Below the pieces are notes generated by a model. The model searched no databases and was not told where the DNA came from. It worked only from the letters and a program-made list of their open reading frames with translations. This document shows positions 25,431 through 39,199 of a DNA stretch of 64,000 nt, piece after piece (the stretch's first letter is position 1; every line of letters begins with the position of its first letter). The position numbers were made by a program, and so were the translations under genes. The stretch lies in the NCBI GenBank assembly GCA_013265495.1, contig MU059403.1, positions 1,626,960 to 1,690,959 of the forward strand, in the 5' to 3' direction. Source of the DNA: Vicugna vicugna (lineage: Eukaryota).

Positions 25431-28400
25431 GAGACCTGGATGCTAGGAAATCGGTCAGAATCATCCACATTAGGGGGGCTGCTGAGCCGCAGGTCGGCCT
25501 CACCTGCCTGGACGTCTCCTGGTTCTGCGGTCAGGTGGAGATGTCGCCGAAGGTCGTCTGCGTTACAGTTTCAATACCCACTGTTACATAAATGCTGTTT
25601 CCTTGTGATTTTCTGGAATAAGCAGTTTCTAGGAGACACTTCATAATTTTGATCTATATTTGAGTAGATGGTTCAAGTTTTTTCCCCCAGTCACTCTCTA
25701 TATTTATATTTTCTGATGGGGAAGAATAAATTTAGAAACCTGAGACCAGGAAGAAGCCACAAATATAAAATTTCACGCTAAGCACTGTAAGCCGGTTCCC
25801 TTTCCTTGTGTCCCCATGCAAGATGACTCAAAAGCACAAGTTGTGTTATGAACCCGTGCCAAGGACAGGGCACAGACAGGCAGAGAGTGGCCCCAACACA
25901 GAGTTTCGAGAGGGGATGATCATGAATTGGACCTCCTGGTGCTGGAGGGGTCCGCATGCCGTGCAGGCGGGGGCCCAGGCCAAGCGTGGAGGGTGTAGGA
26001 TCAGGGAGGAGAGGGGCCGGAGCCAGCCTGGTCGCTGATTAACAGCGGGGAGCGCCGGGGGGAGCTATCGGGTTAAGCGTGGCTCAGGCTGACTGCCAGC
26101 GGCTGTGTTAGGCCCGGCATGGGGAGCTCTCTCCCCCTTTCTTGACGGCCGATGAGGGTTTGCCCACCTGCCGTCAGTCTGCAGGCTGAGGGCCCGCTGC
26201 CTGCCTGCAGGGCCCGTGTGTCTCACTGGCCATGTGAGCACGAAATCGAATTTCTGCCTGGCAGGGGGTCTGCTATCTGATGGGCAACCAGACCATCAAG
26301 GGATGGTCACTGCTTTCTCTTGTTCGAATAAGTTAGAATAAACACGACTGAAAAGACGGGATGGCGTCAGCACAGCCTCAGCTGTGTCACTCGAGGCTTC
26401 AAAGGCGCTGGTTCTGCTTCTCGACCTCGCTGTCCCCGCGAGGCATGGGCGTCTCTCAGTGCTCCTCTCAAGGGGCACGCGGTGCCGTGTGACCGTGCGT
26501 TCTCACGTCAGCGGCAGTGCTGGACTCTTCAGGCATCCCCAGCCCAGGCTGGGAGCAAACCCAGGGGGGCCGTGCCGTGGGGCTGCCTCCAGGCTGCTCC
26601 ACGGTCGAAGGTTCAGAATGGGCGGCAGTGACGTGGCCTCCTGTCCCCACGTGGAGGACACCGGCGTCGACCCGAGCCTCTGCAGGACCCTGCACGGAGT
26701 TCACAGCAGCAGCTCGACTTCCCAGCACGGCAGGGCACCCGGGCTTCCCCGAGCCGTGCTCCGACGTTGTCACAGACGAGGTGTCCCCTAGAGTGTCTGG
26801 GGCTGCCCGCGTCCCTGAGAGTCCCGTCCTGGTTCTGCCTGCTCGGTCAGGAGCTGGGCCCTTTGCTTGTCCTTTCACAGCTCACTTTTCCCGGGCAGTC
26901 GTCTGTGAAGGTGTCACTTGTGGCCCACGGACGCTGACCCAGAGTCTGAAATGAGGTCTGTGGGTCGTGAGCAGGTGCCCGGGTGCCCCGAATTTAGTGC
27001 ACATCAGCACCGGTGAGCGCAGGGCTGCCCCTCAGCCAGCTCCCCCGGTGGGCTGTCGGCTCCCAGCCACCTGTGCAGCCCCAGGTGGGAGAGGACACCC
27101 GGGTGGGAGAAAGGGTCCCTTTACCTGCCGATCTCATCCCGGCGACCGTGGTTCCACTGCCATCCACACTGAACCAACTGCATCTCAAGAGTACGAGTTA
27201 ATGGCTTTGGATAAAACATGAGCGCTTAACTGTTGGCCGGATTGTGTCCGAGACGCTTTCATTTCAAAAACAACACTTTGAAAAGACATATTAAGTTTGC
27301 GTGAGTGGGGTGTTAAGTTCTCTGGTATCAAAGCAGCTATTGAGGGAGTGAGGGGCCGGAGGAGCTGGAGGTGACCTGGCTGGTTCCAGCCGGGCTGGAC
27401 CCGACCCTCTAGGCTGGGCCCCGGGTCCCTGGGGCCAGCGGAGGGGCGCCGGGGAAGCATTCCTGGGGCGAGAAATCCCATTCTTTCATTTCTATGGTGG
27501 GAAAAGAAGAAATAATGAAAAGTAAGGCTCAGAAGTGATCCCTCTGAAGTAAACACGCTCTCCCACCCCTCTCTCAGCGCGCGAGCAGGGCACCAGGGCA
27601 GCAGGGGAGGGTGAGGCGTCAAAGGAACCTTGTTCACCTGCTGAGAGTCGGCGGCCTCGGACCCCAGTGTCCCCCCCAACCCCGCGCCTCGCCCCCGCTG
27701 GCTCCGACGTGTCGCCCGCATTTTCGCAGAATCTTTCTGGACCCCTGAGACCACGTCTGTTGCCCTGGGAGGCAGGTTCCCACAGCCGCCATGCACCCGA
27801 TTGGGTGGTCGGTGTCCCCATGAGATGGGGCCGTCCTCGGGGTGACGTGGGATGCCCCGTGTCACCCACACCCAGCGCCCAGACCCAAGGGGCCTCTGTA
27901 AAGCACCGTGAAGGGGGCCGGGCTGGGGCTGTTCCCAGGCTGTTCGCCTGGGCCGGGGTCGGAAGCCCGTGGGCAGACCGGTCGGGAGTTGTCACCGGTT
28001 TTGGAGTCCCTGCCGTGCAGCCGCCAGCAGCCCCCACAGGCCCTGCCCACCCGGCGTCAGGGCCGCACCTCGTCCTCGTGGGCTCTGTGGGGCTGGTGCC
28101 CAGCTCACTCTCTGTTGTTTTAACACGGAGACAGCCTCCATGAGTTAGCCTCGTGGGTTAGACTGAGCGACATGTCCATCTGGAATGCTGAGGGCCTCCC
28201 CGACTCGCACGCCCTCCCGAGGTGGGGGAGGCCCCCCCGCGGCCCTCCTCAGCCCCCGCCCCGCCCCGCGCCGCACCCGTCCTGGTCCTGGGCTCGGCCG
28301 CTGTGCGAGGTGCTTCAGGAACGAGGTGGGGAGGGAGGGCTGTGTGTAGCTTTCTTCTTCCTACAGGCCGGGAAGGTGACATTTAATTGTTGCATAGGTC

Positions 28401-28520
28401 ACCAGAGGTCATACCTCCTGAGCGGTGTCCTATGATGCCTGGTGTCCCGGGTACCTGGGGCCGAGGATGGGAGAACCCGGAGGAGACACCCACTCTTCTC
28501 TCTTCCCTCCCTCCCCGCAG

Positions 28521-28603
28521 GTACGAGCAGCCGAAGTGCGACAATACGGCCAGGGCCCATCCAGCCAGGACGCGGGATCTGTACAAGGGCCGCCAGCTCC
28601 AGG
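28521..28603 (+). CDS. SMOC2: SMOC2 coding exon (exon 9 equivalent), end of thyroglobulin domain 2 and linker
   Basis: Polypyrimidine tract and ccccgcag| at 28519-28520, donor |gtgagt at 28604. 83 nt, phase 2 to phase 1. Translates (R)YEQPKCDNTARAHPARTRDLYKGRQLQ(G). Confidence 0.98.
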
Positions 28604-31600
28604 GTGAGTGGCACGGGGGGCTGCCCGGGTGCGCCGGCCACCTCTCTGAGCTTTCTTGCACATTTTGGATCAAGGAAGGATGTCAAGTGAATTTAACTGC
28701 AAAGAACTATTTTAAATTCACAGAGGCAGTGAGTTTAGTCTTATGATTATTAAAAATACCCGCACAGAAGTGTCTTCAGGATGGTCTCCTCCATCAAAAA
28801 ACCCGTTAAGTGGTTTACGGTCCAACAGAAATGATCACTTTGACAGTTAACCCTAAGGCCTTGCCTGGACCCACATCTTCCGGGAGTTTACGTGGGGCTG
28901 AAGGTGTCGGCGTGGTCTGAGCCATGCACCGCCGCTGACCCCTCAGTGTTCGGCCATGAGGTTCACCTGATGAAATAGGAGAGTTTAGAGACAGGATTCC
29001 TGCAGCACGTGGTGGATTCGGTGGCATCCGTACGATGTGTCAAAGCTAGTTGCTATTTTGTTTTATTTCGATCCTTTTTTTCCTCCTTTAAATGCCTCCG
29101 GATTGTGTATATTTATTTAGCCAAAGCCTCAACGACCATGAAAATCATTCTCTAATGGCCTTGCTTTAGAGCATGTGTGGGATCTTGGTCTTAGACAAAA
29201 TCTGGGTAAATTCCTGTTTAGAGACACTTTGTGGTCCTTGCATTGTTAGCGCTGCCGCTGATGAAAGGGGTTTCCCGTTCTGCAATGTAAAGCTGTTTCC
29301 CTGCTTATGAGCAAAGGTGGAGGCGGCTAGACCATCCCCGGGACACCTCAACACCCATCCAGCGTCTCTTGCCTCTGAAGTCAGGTTTTAACACTGGTGG
29401 ACAATATTTTTTCTAACAGGAAGGAATGGATTTAGCAACTGCTTGGTGCCTGGAAAGCCTCCATGCCTGTTTGCTCTTTTTAGCTGATCTTAACCATGCT
29501 GCACAAACACCAAACAACATGTTCTTTGTCTCTGAGGTCCAAGACTCTCAATTTTTGTTTTTTGATAATCCCAAACTGCATTACTTCTAAATCGAGCTGC
29601 TTGTGGTTTTTGCACATATGAGTGCCATTCAAGCCCTGCTCCTCACCCATCAGAGGCGCTACAGCAGAGGCAGCCCCTCCGGGCTGCCCCGGGGGCCGCG
29701 CTGGTGGGAAGGAAGCTGCTTTGTGCTGGAATCCAGCACAGGGAACCCGGGCTGGGACTGGACTGAAGTCTGGAGCGGGCATTCACCTTCCGGGAGAGGC
29801 TGACGTGTGATATTGAGAAACACGTCGTGGCGTCAGTGCTGGTTTGTTTGGGAGTCAGTTTGCCGCTTGAAGAAGGAACATCCAGCACGGCAGGGAGACC
29901 AGGCCGCGCGGGGGCTGTGGAAACGCGCCCGCCCGCCCGCTGGAAGGGGTGGGCCGGGAGGTGACCGCCACTTGTCCTTAGACGGAGCCGGTGTCCTCAG
30001 GCACGCGGGCCGTTTTGTGCAACGCTGTAAAGGTCAGTTTGTTTTGCAATTGTAGGTGCTTGGGAGTGTGCCGTTCAGGACCACTGCATCACTTTGCCTT
30101 TTTGGAGATAATTATCCTTATTAGGGAAGAACAAGGAGGGCTGAAAATAACTCCTGGACCGAGGAGACTGCTCTTGCAGGGAGGGCAGAACAGCTTGCAG
30201 AGCAACCCAGCACCGTGCTGGTGGGCGGACACTGAAGTCACCCAAAGTCTCGGGCACTTTCTTCTTAAAAGGCATGGTTTGCATTTTAAGCAGCCTTCCT
30301 AAGTTTCAGCCCACACGGGGCCTTTATTTTCCAAGCCAAGCTGACAACACCCTCACATGCCATTCGCGTTTAGGGGGTCTGTTCACTGCCAGATGTTTAT
30401 TTACATCCTGTGCAGGGTTTTGGGCAGATTTTTCCTGCTCATGCTAACGGACGGAAAGAGGCCTGAGAGCAGGTGTGTCGACAGGGAGAAATCTCACTCC
30501 CTTTGTCTTTCCCTACCCTGTCTTTCCTCCATCAGTTTGGGGGAAGCTCTGGTGTCTCCCCGGGGCTTTGGGGGACCCAACACTGACACTCTGAAGCCCC
30601 GCCAGCACCCGCAAGGGGGCGGTGAGCGATGAACAGGGTCTCGGGTTTCCTGGCAGACTTGAAAGCGTGCTCCTCACTTCACTGCTTCGTCCCCCACCAG
30701 CCCCCAAGCTCCTCAGTGCTGGCGCCCAGATCTGGGGAGCACACTCGTTCTGGTTATACAGCCCTGCCTCACAGCATCCCCGGCAGCTCCGTGGTCCTCG
30801 CCGTCGTCTGCAGAGAGAAGGCCCCTCCCTCAAAGGCCCTCGGGGGGTGAGGCCACCACACTGAGCTTCTGAAGTCAACAGCGAGGAAAGTCTCTTTTCT
30901 GGGGGCCCAGGGGTCTCAGGCACCACGGGATCCTGGAATCACTAGAAACCCTGAAGAGCGCCCCTGAGCGTCTCGTGTGCGACCTCAGCACCCTTCTGCC
31001 TGCTGTCGAAATTAATTATGATTTTCCGAGGCGGCAAAGAACGACCCCTACCATGCCCTAAGGGTGGCTTAAGGTGTTTTCCCAGAGGTGACGAGACCCT
31101 GCCCCTGGCGCCGGTGCAGGGGACGGCGTGGCACTCAGAGGCCAGGCTTTGCTTTCCTCTCACGCGGGCTGGGCCTTCAGGCTCTTTCAAGGACAATGTG
31201 AGGTGTCAATACTTCACCGGCTAAAAACGTCAGCTTCTGTGATTTCGGTGTCCGGCCAAGACCCGACCTCACAGACCGTCTCAATTTTAGCGGAGCCGGG
31301 AACAGACGTGGGGTTCTCCACCCCTGCGGACACACCACAAGTGCTCTGCCCAGGGAGGGCTCCTCTCCAGGGCTGGCCTCTGCTCAGTCCCGGCTCGGAG
31401 AGGCTCCCTGGTACCCACCTCCCCAGGGCTGCGCCCGGGTGAAGCGGTGTGGAGGCGGGCACAGGTGTGCTTTGTGCAGGAGAGGGTCTGAAAGAGAGTG
31501 CTTTGCTTTTAAGGGCAGTCGGGTGACTTTGCTGCTGAAGATCGGTGCTTGTTCAGGGTCAGCATCTGGGCTGGTTCCAGATGTGGAGGAGGCCATTCTG

Positions 31601-32884
31601 AACAGCGATGCTTCGGAGAGCGGCCTGGGCTCCATTATTTTATTTCTTGACCAGTGAGCATGATGATTAAATGTGAAATTAAACTTGTACCTAAACAAGA
31701 TTACTAATCCCAGAGAAGAAACTTTCATTGTACAGAAAGCATGACAAAGAAGCAGACCATTAAATCCAGCTTTATTGAGGAAAGGAAGCTGTGAATAAAC
31801 CTCAGTTAAAAGCGCCATGTCGTTTCCATGCGCAAGACTTCGTAGGACAGGAGCCCCAGGACGAGGGGGCCGGGGAGCCCGGGGGGCGTGCGATGTTCTG
31901 CAGGGTCGTCCTGAGCTGCGGCTCCACCTCACAGACGTGTCGCAGGAACCGGGAAAAGTCTGAACAGATGCAGCGGGTGTGTGTGGAACAGACCTCTGCT
32001 CGGCACTGAGTGTCGCTTTAAGAAAGAGCCGGTGAGACGCTAGGACGTTGCAGCAAGCGTCTCTGAGGCCAGAACTAAAGCCTGACCACGCACCGCACTT
32101 GGCAGGAGCCGGTGAGGTTTTACTAGAACATTTTAAGGGGATGAGGAGAAACTGGAAAAGGCTGGGAGGAAACTGTGGGGATTACTCATCCCCCATAAAA
32201 TGAGGACGAATAAAGGCAAGGAGGCGCGGGCGGAGGCAAGGACAATGAAGGTCGACTGAACATTTTACGTTACTTACGAGAAGGTGCCAGGCGCTTTTTC
32301 CGTTTATTAAAACCTTGACCGCTGGATGGAAAGCGAGCATGGAGGTTCTTTTCTGAGGTGGCTGGAGGCACAGGGGGGCACTTCCCGGGCATCAGGGCCC
32401 TGCTGGGGCTGAGAGGTGCAAACTCGGGAAGACCTTCGGGATTAGGTAAAGGGGCAAGAGAGGGGGCAGGGAAGTGGAGAGGGGTTTTTTTCACATTCTT
32501 CCAAGGGAGCGCTCACGACCCTAATTAATAGAAGCACTTTGCTCGCGTGCCCCGAGCCCGCGGCTGGCAGGCGGCACGTCGAATTCTCTCACTCTTCCCC
32601 TGCCGGCCACACCCGCGGCGGAAACCGTGGGATCACAGGCCTGCCAGGTGTCCATCCTGATGGTGACGGCCGTCACCGCCAGGTCGAGTCAAAGCTCCTG
32701 TCCCGGGGAAGTGGCCATCGAGGCCACCGCATTGCTGAGCCACCTCTCAGCCGCAGTGACCCATCTGGTCTAAAAACGGAGATGCATGTGTCTGAGGGGC
32801 TGCCCTCCCCTGGAGCCGCCAGGGACAGGACGTTCTGAGATTCCTGTGCAACTCATCTACCCATTTGCTGCTTTTTTTTCTTTT

Positions 32885-33190
32885 TTAAATTTAAAAACGA
32901 ATTTTTATTGAAGTACAGTCAGTTACAGTGTGTCAATCTCTGGTGCATGGCACAATGTGCCAGTCAGGCATGTACACACATAGATTCGTTTTCTTATTCC
33001 CTTTCATTAAAGGTTATTACAAGATATTGAATACAGTCCCCTGTGTTATACAGAAGAAACTTTTTTTAAAATCTATTTTTATACATAGTGGCTAACATTT
33101 GCAAATCTCAAACTCCCAAATGTATCCCCTCCCACCCCCTTTCCCCTGTAACCGTAGCCTGTCACCATGTCTGCAGGTCTGTCTCTGTCC
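32885..33190 (-). mobile_element. 5'-truncated L1 3' end (artiodactyl or camelid type), antisense
   Basis: T-rich tail followed by tttttattgaagtacagtcagttaca...ggttattacaagatattgaatacagtcccctgtg...ctcaaactcccaaa...tttcccctgtaacc, a typical L1 3'UTR. Confidence 0.85.
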
Positions 33191-36100
33191 CATGCATTTG
33201 CTTCTTGTCCGAGAAGATGGCAGGTTCCCTTCTCAGGGCGGCTCAGCTGTGTTTGCAGAAGCCTGTGGTTGGCAGCAGCTGGGTGGCTGCACTGGTTTAA
33301 CCGTCCACTGTCTCCATCAAGACGTTTTTGAAAACACTTTTGTGATCTCTTCTTGGTCATGTTTGGGCGAGGGGCCCCACTGTCAGTTTCGCGCCGGGAC
33401 GCGCAGAGCTGGGTGCGCCCGGCATGACGGTATTTCCCACGACGCATCTGCGTCCAATTGTGAGCACCCACGTGGGCCTTGAGAGAACAGGGTACAGGGT
33501 CATCTGTGGGGGAAAGGGTGTCGCTGAGTTGGGGATCGGGGCCAGGAAAGACCTCACAAAAAGGTGAGAAAAGATGGAGAAGTGGAAAAGACACGACGTA
33601 TCTCAGGGACGTAGGCCACACAGTCTCACTGGATGAGGGGCCTGCTGGCTCCCACTTTGGTAGACGTGGGGCTCTTATGGCAGAGGGGGGACAGAGGCTT
33701 GTGCGTGGTGGGGACCACGGTGGTAGAAACCGTGGTGGTAGAAACAGTGAGAATGCAGTTAGCCTCAACTAGACAGACACCAGGAAGCTGGGGTTGGTGA
33801 AACAGAAGTACATCCACAAATGGTTAAAAACAAAAGTAGGTTAGCTTTTTGCATAGTTCTAAGGTAGGTAGACAAACCATCTGACACAACACGATGAGCC
33901 CCAGGAAATCTGAAGGTGGGGTCCACGGCGGCACCCACTCCCTGCCAGCGGCACTCCACCCAGAGGCACTTTAGAAGGAATCCGACTTGTTTTGGTTTTA
34001 CTGTTTCTTTTACAGCCAGGTTTTAAATCTAAAGGGCCAAGTTAAAAACATTCTTTAAGATGGCAGGCCGTAATATCAGTTACATTAGCGTAATAAAGTC
34101 TCGGTCAGTTTGGCCTGTTACTTGGAAAGTTATGACTATGCAGAAGAGAGATGGAAGACAGTTGAGATCTCAATTAGTCGTGAAAAAGCATCTCCCAGGC
34201 AAATGGATAGTGTCAGCAGTACTTCAGAGACAGTTTAAATAACTTCAGAGGACACCGTGTTCTAAAGCTCAGTTAAATATGTTAAATTTGTGGCTTAACA
34301 GCTGTTATTCTGTGACAATAATTCCTGTCTCTTTATTAGAGCAGTTTGTCTGAAATAACCACTGTAAAAACTCGCCAAGTATAGCGTACGCTTGAAAAAA
34401 CGATGAACTTGCTTCTAACTGGCCTGCACCCATCTGTGTGAGTTAGGTTCTCCTCAGAGCTAATCTGGATTTATTGAGGCTGTGAAGCCTTTCTGTGGTA
34501 CAGACTCATTTAAATAACGCATGTTCATGACTGACGCAGGCACACGCGTGTCAGGGCCAGTCCTGCCGGGGGTTGCATCTGCCTCGGGGACCGGCCTTCA
34601 CGACAGCGTCTGTCATGTTGGAAACCTCTTTATCCAGAGCCGCAGCTGCATGTTCACATCTTCTCCATCTGTGGTCCTTTCACTGTAAACGTGCTGTATC
34701 CCCAGCCTTTCCTCAGCACCCCTGACAGCCCCCGATTTGGTCTGGCTTCTAGGATCTGCAGATCCCCCAGGGCTGGTTGGCACACAGGCCTGAGAGGAGT
34801 GTCCGTGGTCCTCCTCTCCCCCAAATGAAGCAGCTCCCCCGACCCCCCACCGCCGTCTGCCATCTGCGCTCCAGCCCTCTGAGGAGTCATCCCATCTCCC
34901 CCCACCTCCTGGTTCTACCGCGTCCAAATCCCAGGACCCATCAGAACACTTTGGTGGCACTCTGCCTTCTCTGTTTTATCTTCCTCTTATAACTGAGAAT
35001 TTCTTCTTTTAAAATTCCAGCCCACTGAGCATCTGGCCCAATGCCAGATACTTTGGGAGACGCGACCCAGACCTGTGCTCCAGCAGTGACCACTGCAGTT
35101 TTCTGGTCCCAGGACTGATGCTCGTAAACAAGAGAGCAAACTTGTAAGCAGTTAGGAAAATGAAGGAAATGGAGACTGGAGCGTAACAGGTTTCCCTTTA
35201 TATCTGAACATGTCACGATGTCACTCGTAAAAGCTCTTTTCCAGGTTTTGTGCCAGTGTCAGGAGTACTTCGCCCGCGCCTCGGACGGTGCTGTTTGGGT
35301 CAGGACTCCCTTGGCAGTGTGCGGTGGTCCCCGCCCGGCGCAGTGCTGGGGAGTGGGTGAAAAATCACTCCCCCGCCAGAAATTCCAAGGGGAGCAGAGA
35401 CAGGCAAGATCCAATTATCCGAGCTGGATGTTGGCCAGAGCACCGGATTGTTACTCTTAGAGCAGAGGCAGGACTAATGACAGGGGCGGCCGATGGCGGG
35501 AACTGAGCGCTGCTCTTCCTGATAACTTAACCCCCCGAGAATGCAACTGGACAGACCGAGACCACAGGCTCGAATACATCACTGTGTGTCAGGCTGCTCG
35601 GAGGCTCCCGGATGACCAATGATGGTAGGAAACTTCTCCAAACCTGGTTTATAATAAAGAACAGCAGGCCATGGAAACTTCTAGAATGTTTTCCCTGACA
35701 GGATGATTTAGGTTTTTTTCTTAGCTCTCCTCTGACTTGTGAAATCCAGAACAATTTTTCAGAAAAATCAAGGGTTTCTCCCTCTGACAGAAAAAGATAA
35801 ATTGACTGCTCTTTGGTTGTTAATTATCTTTCAGAAATTCCTGAGATAAGTTGTTCAAGAGTGATTTTCAGCAGAAGTTTCAGAGTTTTGAGTTCTCATC
35901 CCACTTATCCGTCTTTCCCCTGTGCTTTTGCTTGTTAAATTAGTTAACTTATTTAAAATGCGTAATGTCCTTATTTCCAGAGACTCTGAGGTACCGTTCT
36001 CTGTTCAGACACCTCAGTCTGACTGATTGATGCAGAATGGTGTGGTCATCAGAGATTCCTTAAATTCAGGAAGTGTTAGTTTCGGATTTTTCAAAAATCT

Positions 36101-37174
36101 CCTGAGAAACATGTGCATCTGCCATGAAACAGCACTTTTGGGAGCACTCTTTGACGGGCTTTAAAAAGTGCCATTGTTTTGTTTAACACTTTACCCTGTT
36201 AAATGATACCCACTTGTTACCTTACACAGGGATAAATTTGTTAATTCAAGGGCAACAGAATAGGAATTTTGTCTTTGTAACTTCTCTAATGAAGAAATAT
36301 TTTTGAAGAAAAGAAAGGAACAAAATAGGTACCAGAAAGTCCATGCTGTGCACACCCCGTCCCCAGCAACCCTCCCTTTGTCCTGGTCACACCGTGTCAT
36401 TTGCTGATGTCACTCTTTATCGCTGAGTGAAACAACTCTTCTTGCACATCCTTCTTTCCCAGAATGCACCTGCCCTAGAGTCCACTTCCGTGTGACGTCT
36501 GGTTGACCACTTAAGACCTAACTCAGTGGACATGGGGAGGTCGCCCTGTGTCCAGGTTGCAGCTGCAATCCTTGTCTTCCCATCACGAATTCAGAGCCCT
36601 TTCCACCGCGTGCCGTTGTTTCTTGTGTCAGCAGCTCTGCAGAGGCTATCCTCCAGGAAGGAGAAGCTGAGGCACAGAATGCTTTTCAGCAGAAGAGGAC
36701 TGGTTTTGTGCCCTGGCGCATGCAGTCCATAGAAGAGGAAAGTCGAGGGTGTGGAGGGCTGGTACTCTGAAGCCCATGACCGCTGAGAAGGCAGGACCTC
36801 TTCAGCTGGTGCATGAGGCTGAGTTTCTTGGCAGCCAGCCTGGCAAGCGCTGGAAAGAGTGGTCTTTCTTGGCAGCGCCTCCCTATGGAGAAGGTTTAAT
36901 TCCGTAGCACATCTAGCTGACAGTGACTTAGCTCTACTTTTACCTAAATGAATATGGATGAAATGATCTCTTTACTTATCTTCTGACTCTACCATCGAGG
37001 GCATTTCTATATGAATTTTTTCAATATATGAAACCAAAGAAGCGAGTGGAGACTCATGCAGCAAGCAGGTCACTATGCAGGAAAGGGAAAGGACAGTGGG
37101 CAGGACTCGGGTCAGGTCCTGCTAAGGAAGGTGGTCTGTGTCCTGCAGGAGTTTTGTCTGAGACTTAGAAAATT

Positions 37175-38165
37175 AATTTTTTATGACTTATTTATTTATT
37201 TCTAAAAATTAAAAAAAATTAATTGAAGTGGAGTTGATTTATACTGTTGTCAGTTTCAGGTACACAGCGAAGTGATTCAGTTGTGTGTGTGTGTGTCTGT
37301 ATCTGTACGTCTGTAGAGATGCATACATATATTCTTTTTCAGATTTTTGTCCATTATAAGTTATTACAAAACATAGAATAGAGTTCCCTATGCTATGTAG
37401 TAGGACCTTGTTGTTTACCTATTTTATATATAATAATGTGAATATGTTAATTCCAAACTCCTAATTTATCCCTCCTTTCCCCCTTTCCCCACTGGTAACC
37501 ATAAGTTTGTTTTTGATGTCTATGAGTCTTCTCTGTTTTGTAAATATTTTCAATTATAACATTATTTTTTAGATTCCACACATAAGTGATATCATATATT
37601 TGTCTGTCTCTGTCTTACTTACTTCACTTAGTATTATCATCTCCAGGTCCGTCCCCGTCACTGCGCAGGGCATTATTTCATTCTTTTTTATGGCTGAGTA
37701 GTATTCCATTCCATAGATACACCACAGATTCTTTACCCAGTCATCTGTCAGTGGACATTTAGGTTGTTTCCATGTCTTGGCTGTTGTAAATAGTGCTGCT
37801 GTGAACACTGGGGTTCAGGTATGTTTTCGAATTAGAGTTCCCTCTGGATAGATGCCCAGAAGTGGGATTGCTGGATCATATGGTAAGTCTATTTTTAGTT
37901 TTTTAAGGAACCTCCATTCTGTCCTCCAAAGTAGCTGCACCAATTTACATCCCCACCAGCAGGGTAGGAGGGCTCCCTTTTCCCCACAGCCTCTCCAGCA
38001 TCTATCGTTTGTGGACTTTTTGATGATGGCCTTTCTGACTGGTGTGAAGTGGCACCTCTTGTAGTTTTGCTTTGCATTTCTCTGATCATTAGTGATGCTG
38101 AGCATCTTTTCCTGTGCCTATTGGTCATCTGTGTGTCTTCTGTTTAGGTCTTCTGCCCATTTTAA
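37175..38165 (-). mobile_element. L1 3' end (ORF2 C-terminus and 3'UTR), antisense
   Basis: Minus-strand ORF 37569-37808 MFTAALFTTAKTWKQPKCPLTDDWVKNLWCIYGMEYYSAIKKNEI..., and 37815-38105 [26 protein letters not shown]...[16 protein letters not shown]. The 3'UTR and poly(T) tail start near 37175. Confidence 0.95.
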
Positions 38166-38269
38166 GCTAATTTTTAATTTAAAAAACTCACTGACAGGCT
38201 TGTGGACAACGTCTGCCCAAGACAAAACCGCAGTAGCACCGAGAACCACCGCAGCATTCATACCGGTCA

Positions 38270-38450
38270 GTATTTACCGAGAGCTTGGAAGGCATATCAG
38301 TCCGATGTTTCACGCGTATTCATTCACTTAATCTTCGCTGCAGCCCTGTGAGGAGGGGCCGTTGTCTCTGTGCTTTAGAGATGTGCGTGTTGATGCTAAA
38401 TGTGCCAGGCCTATGTAGCTTAGGTGTCACCACAGCGGCACAGTGAAGCC
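38270..38450. mobile_element. MIR SINE relic
   Basis: cattcacttaatcttcgctgcagccctgtgaggagggg...tttagagatg aligns by eye with the MIR core tcatttaatcctcacaacaaccctatgaggtagg...ttacagatgag. Confidence 0.5.
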
Positions 38451-39199
38451 AGTTGTCATGCTGAAGCCAGAGGTACACCGGAACATACCCGTGTACACAT
38501 GTATATGTTTACAAGAACCTTACTGAACAAAATTCTCTTTACGATGCTCTCATTATAAGGTGGGCTGTACTGAATGTGATTTGCTGTTAAAGGAACCAGA
38601 AGTAAATTATTGTAAAGTTGCTGTCCCATGTCACGGAACACACCCGCCCCCCACAAACACCATCTGTGTCCAGTCTGAACGAGGCTCAGGTTACCAGAAT
38701 GAATACAGGTGATCGGAATCTTTCTCCACCCCCTCGTCCGTTCAGTCTTGGGAGGCAGTGCTGTCACTTCTCCTCCCAGAGGTTCCCTGATGCCTGACCA
38801 CCGGCCGTGGAAGATGCTAAGGGGTCCTGCCTGAACTCGCGCCTCCGTGGCTTGGCTGCGGCTGTAGGGTGAGGGCACATCGGGAAGGATGGCGCCCACC
38901 TTACCCCCGTGCCCATTTCCAGCCTGACAGAGACAGGAGCTAGAATCCGGGCGCTGGAGCTGAGTGTGAGCCCCGCGGGGGCGCCGTCCACTCTGCACCC
39001 TGCGGGGGGTGTCTGAGACCTGCAGTTCCACGACCTGGGACTCAAATCAGTCCTGCCCTCGCGCCCGTGTCCCGGGCTCCCTTTCCTCCATCTTGGCATT
39101 GGGTTTTGGTGGTTTCATCTTTCAGGCTCGCTCTTTCCTTATTAAACACAAATCAGGTAGGATCGAACCTCGGAAGCAGTTACCAGCCCTACGTTTGGC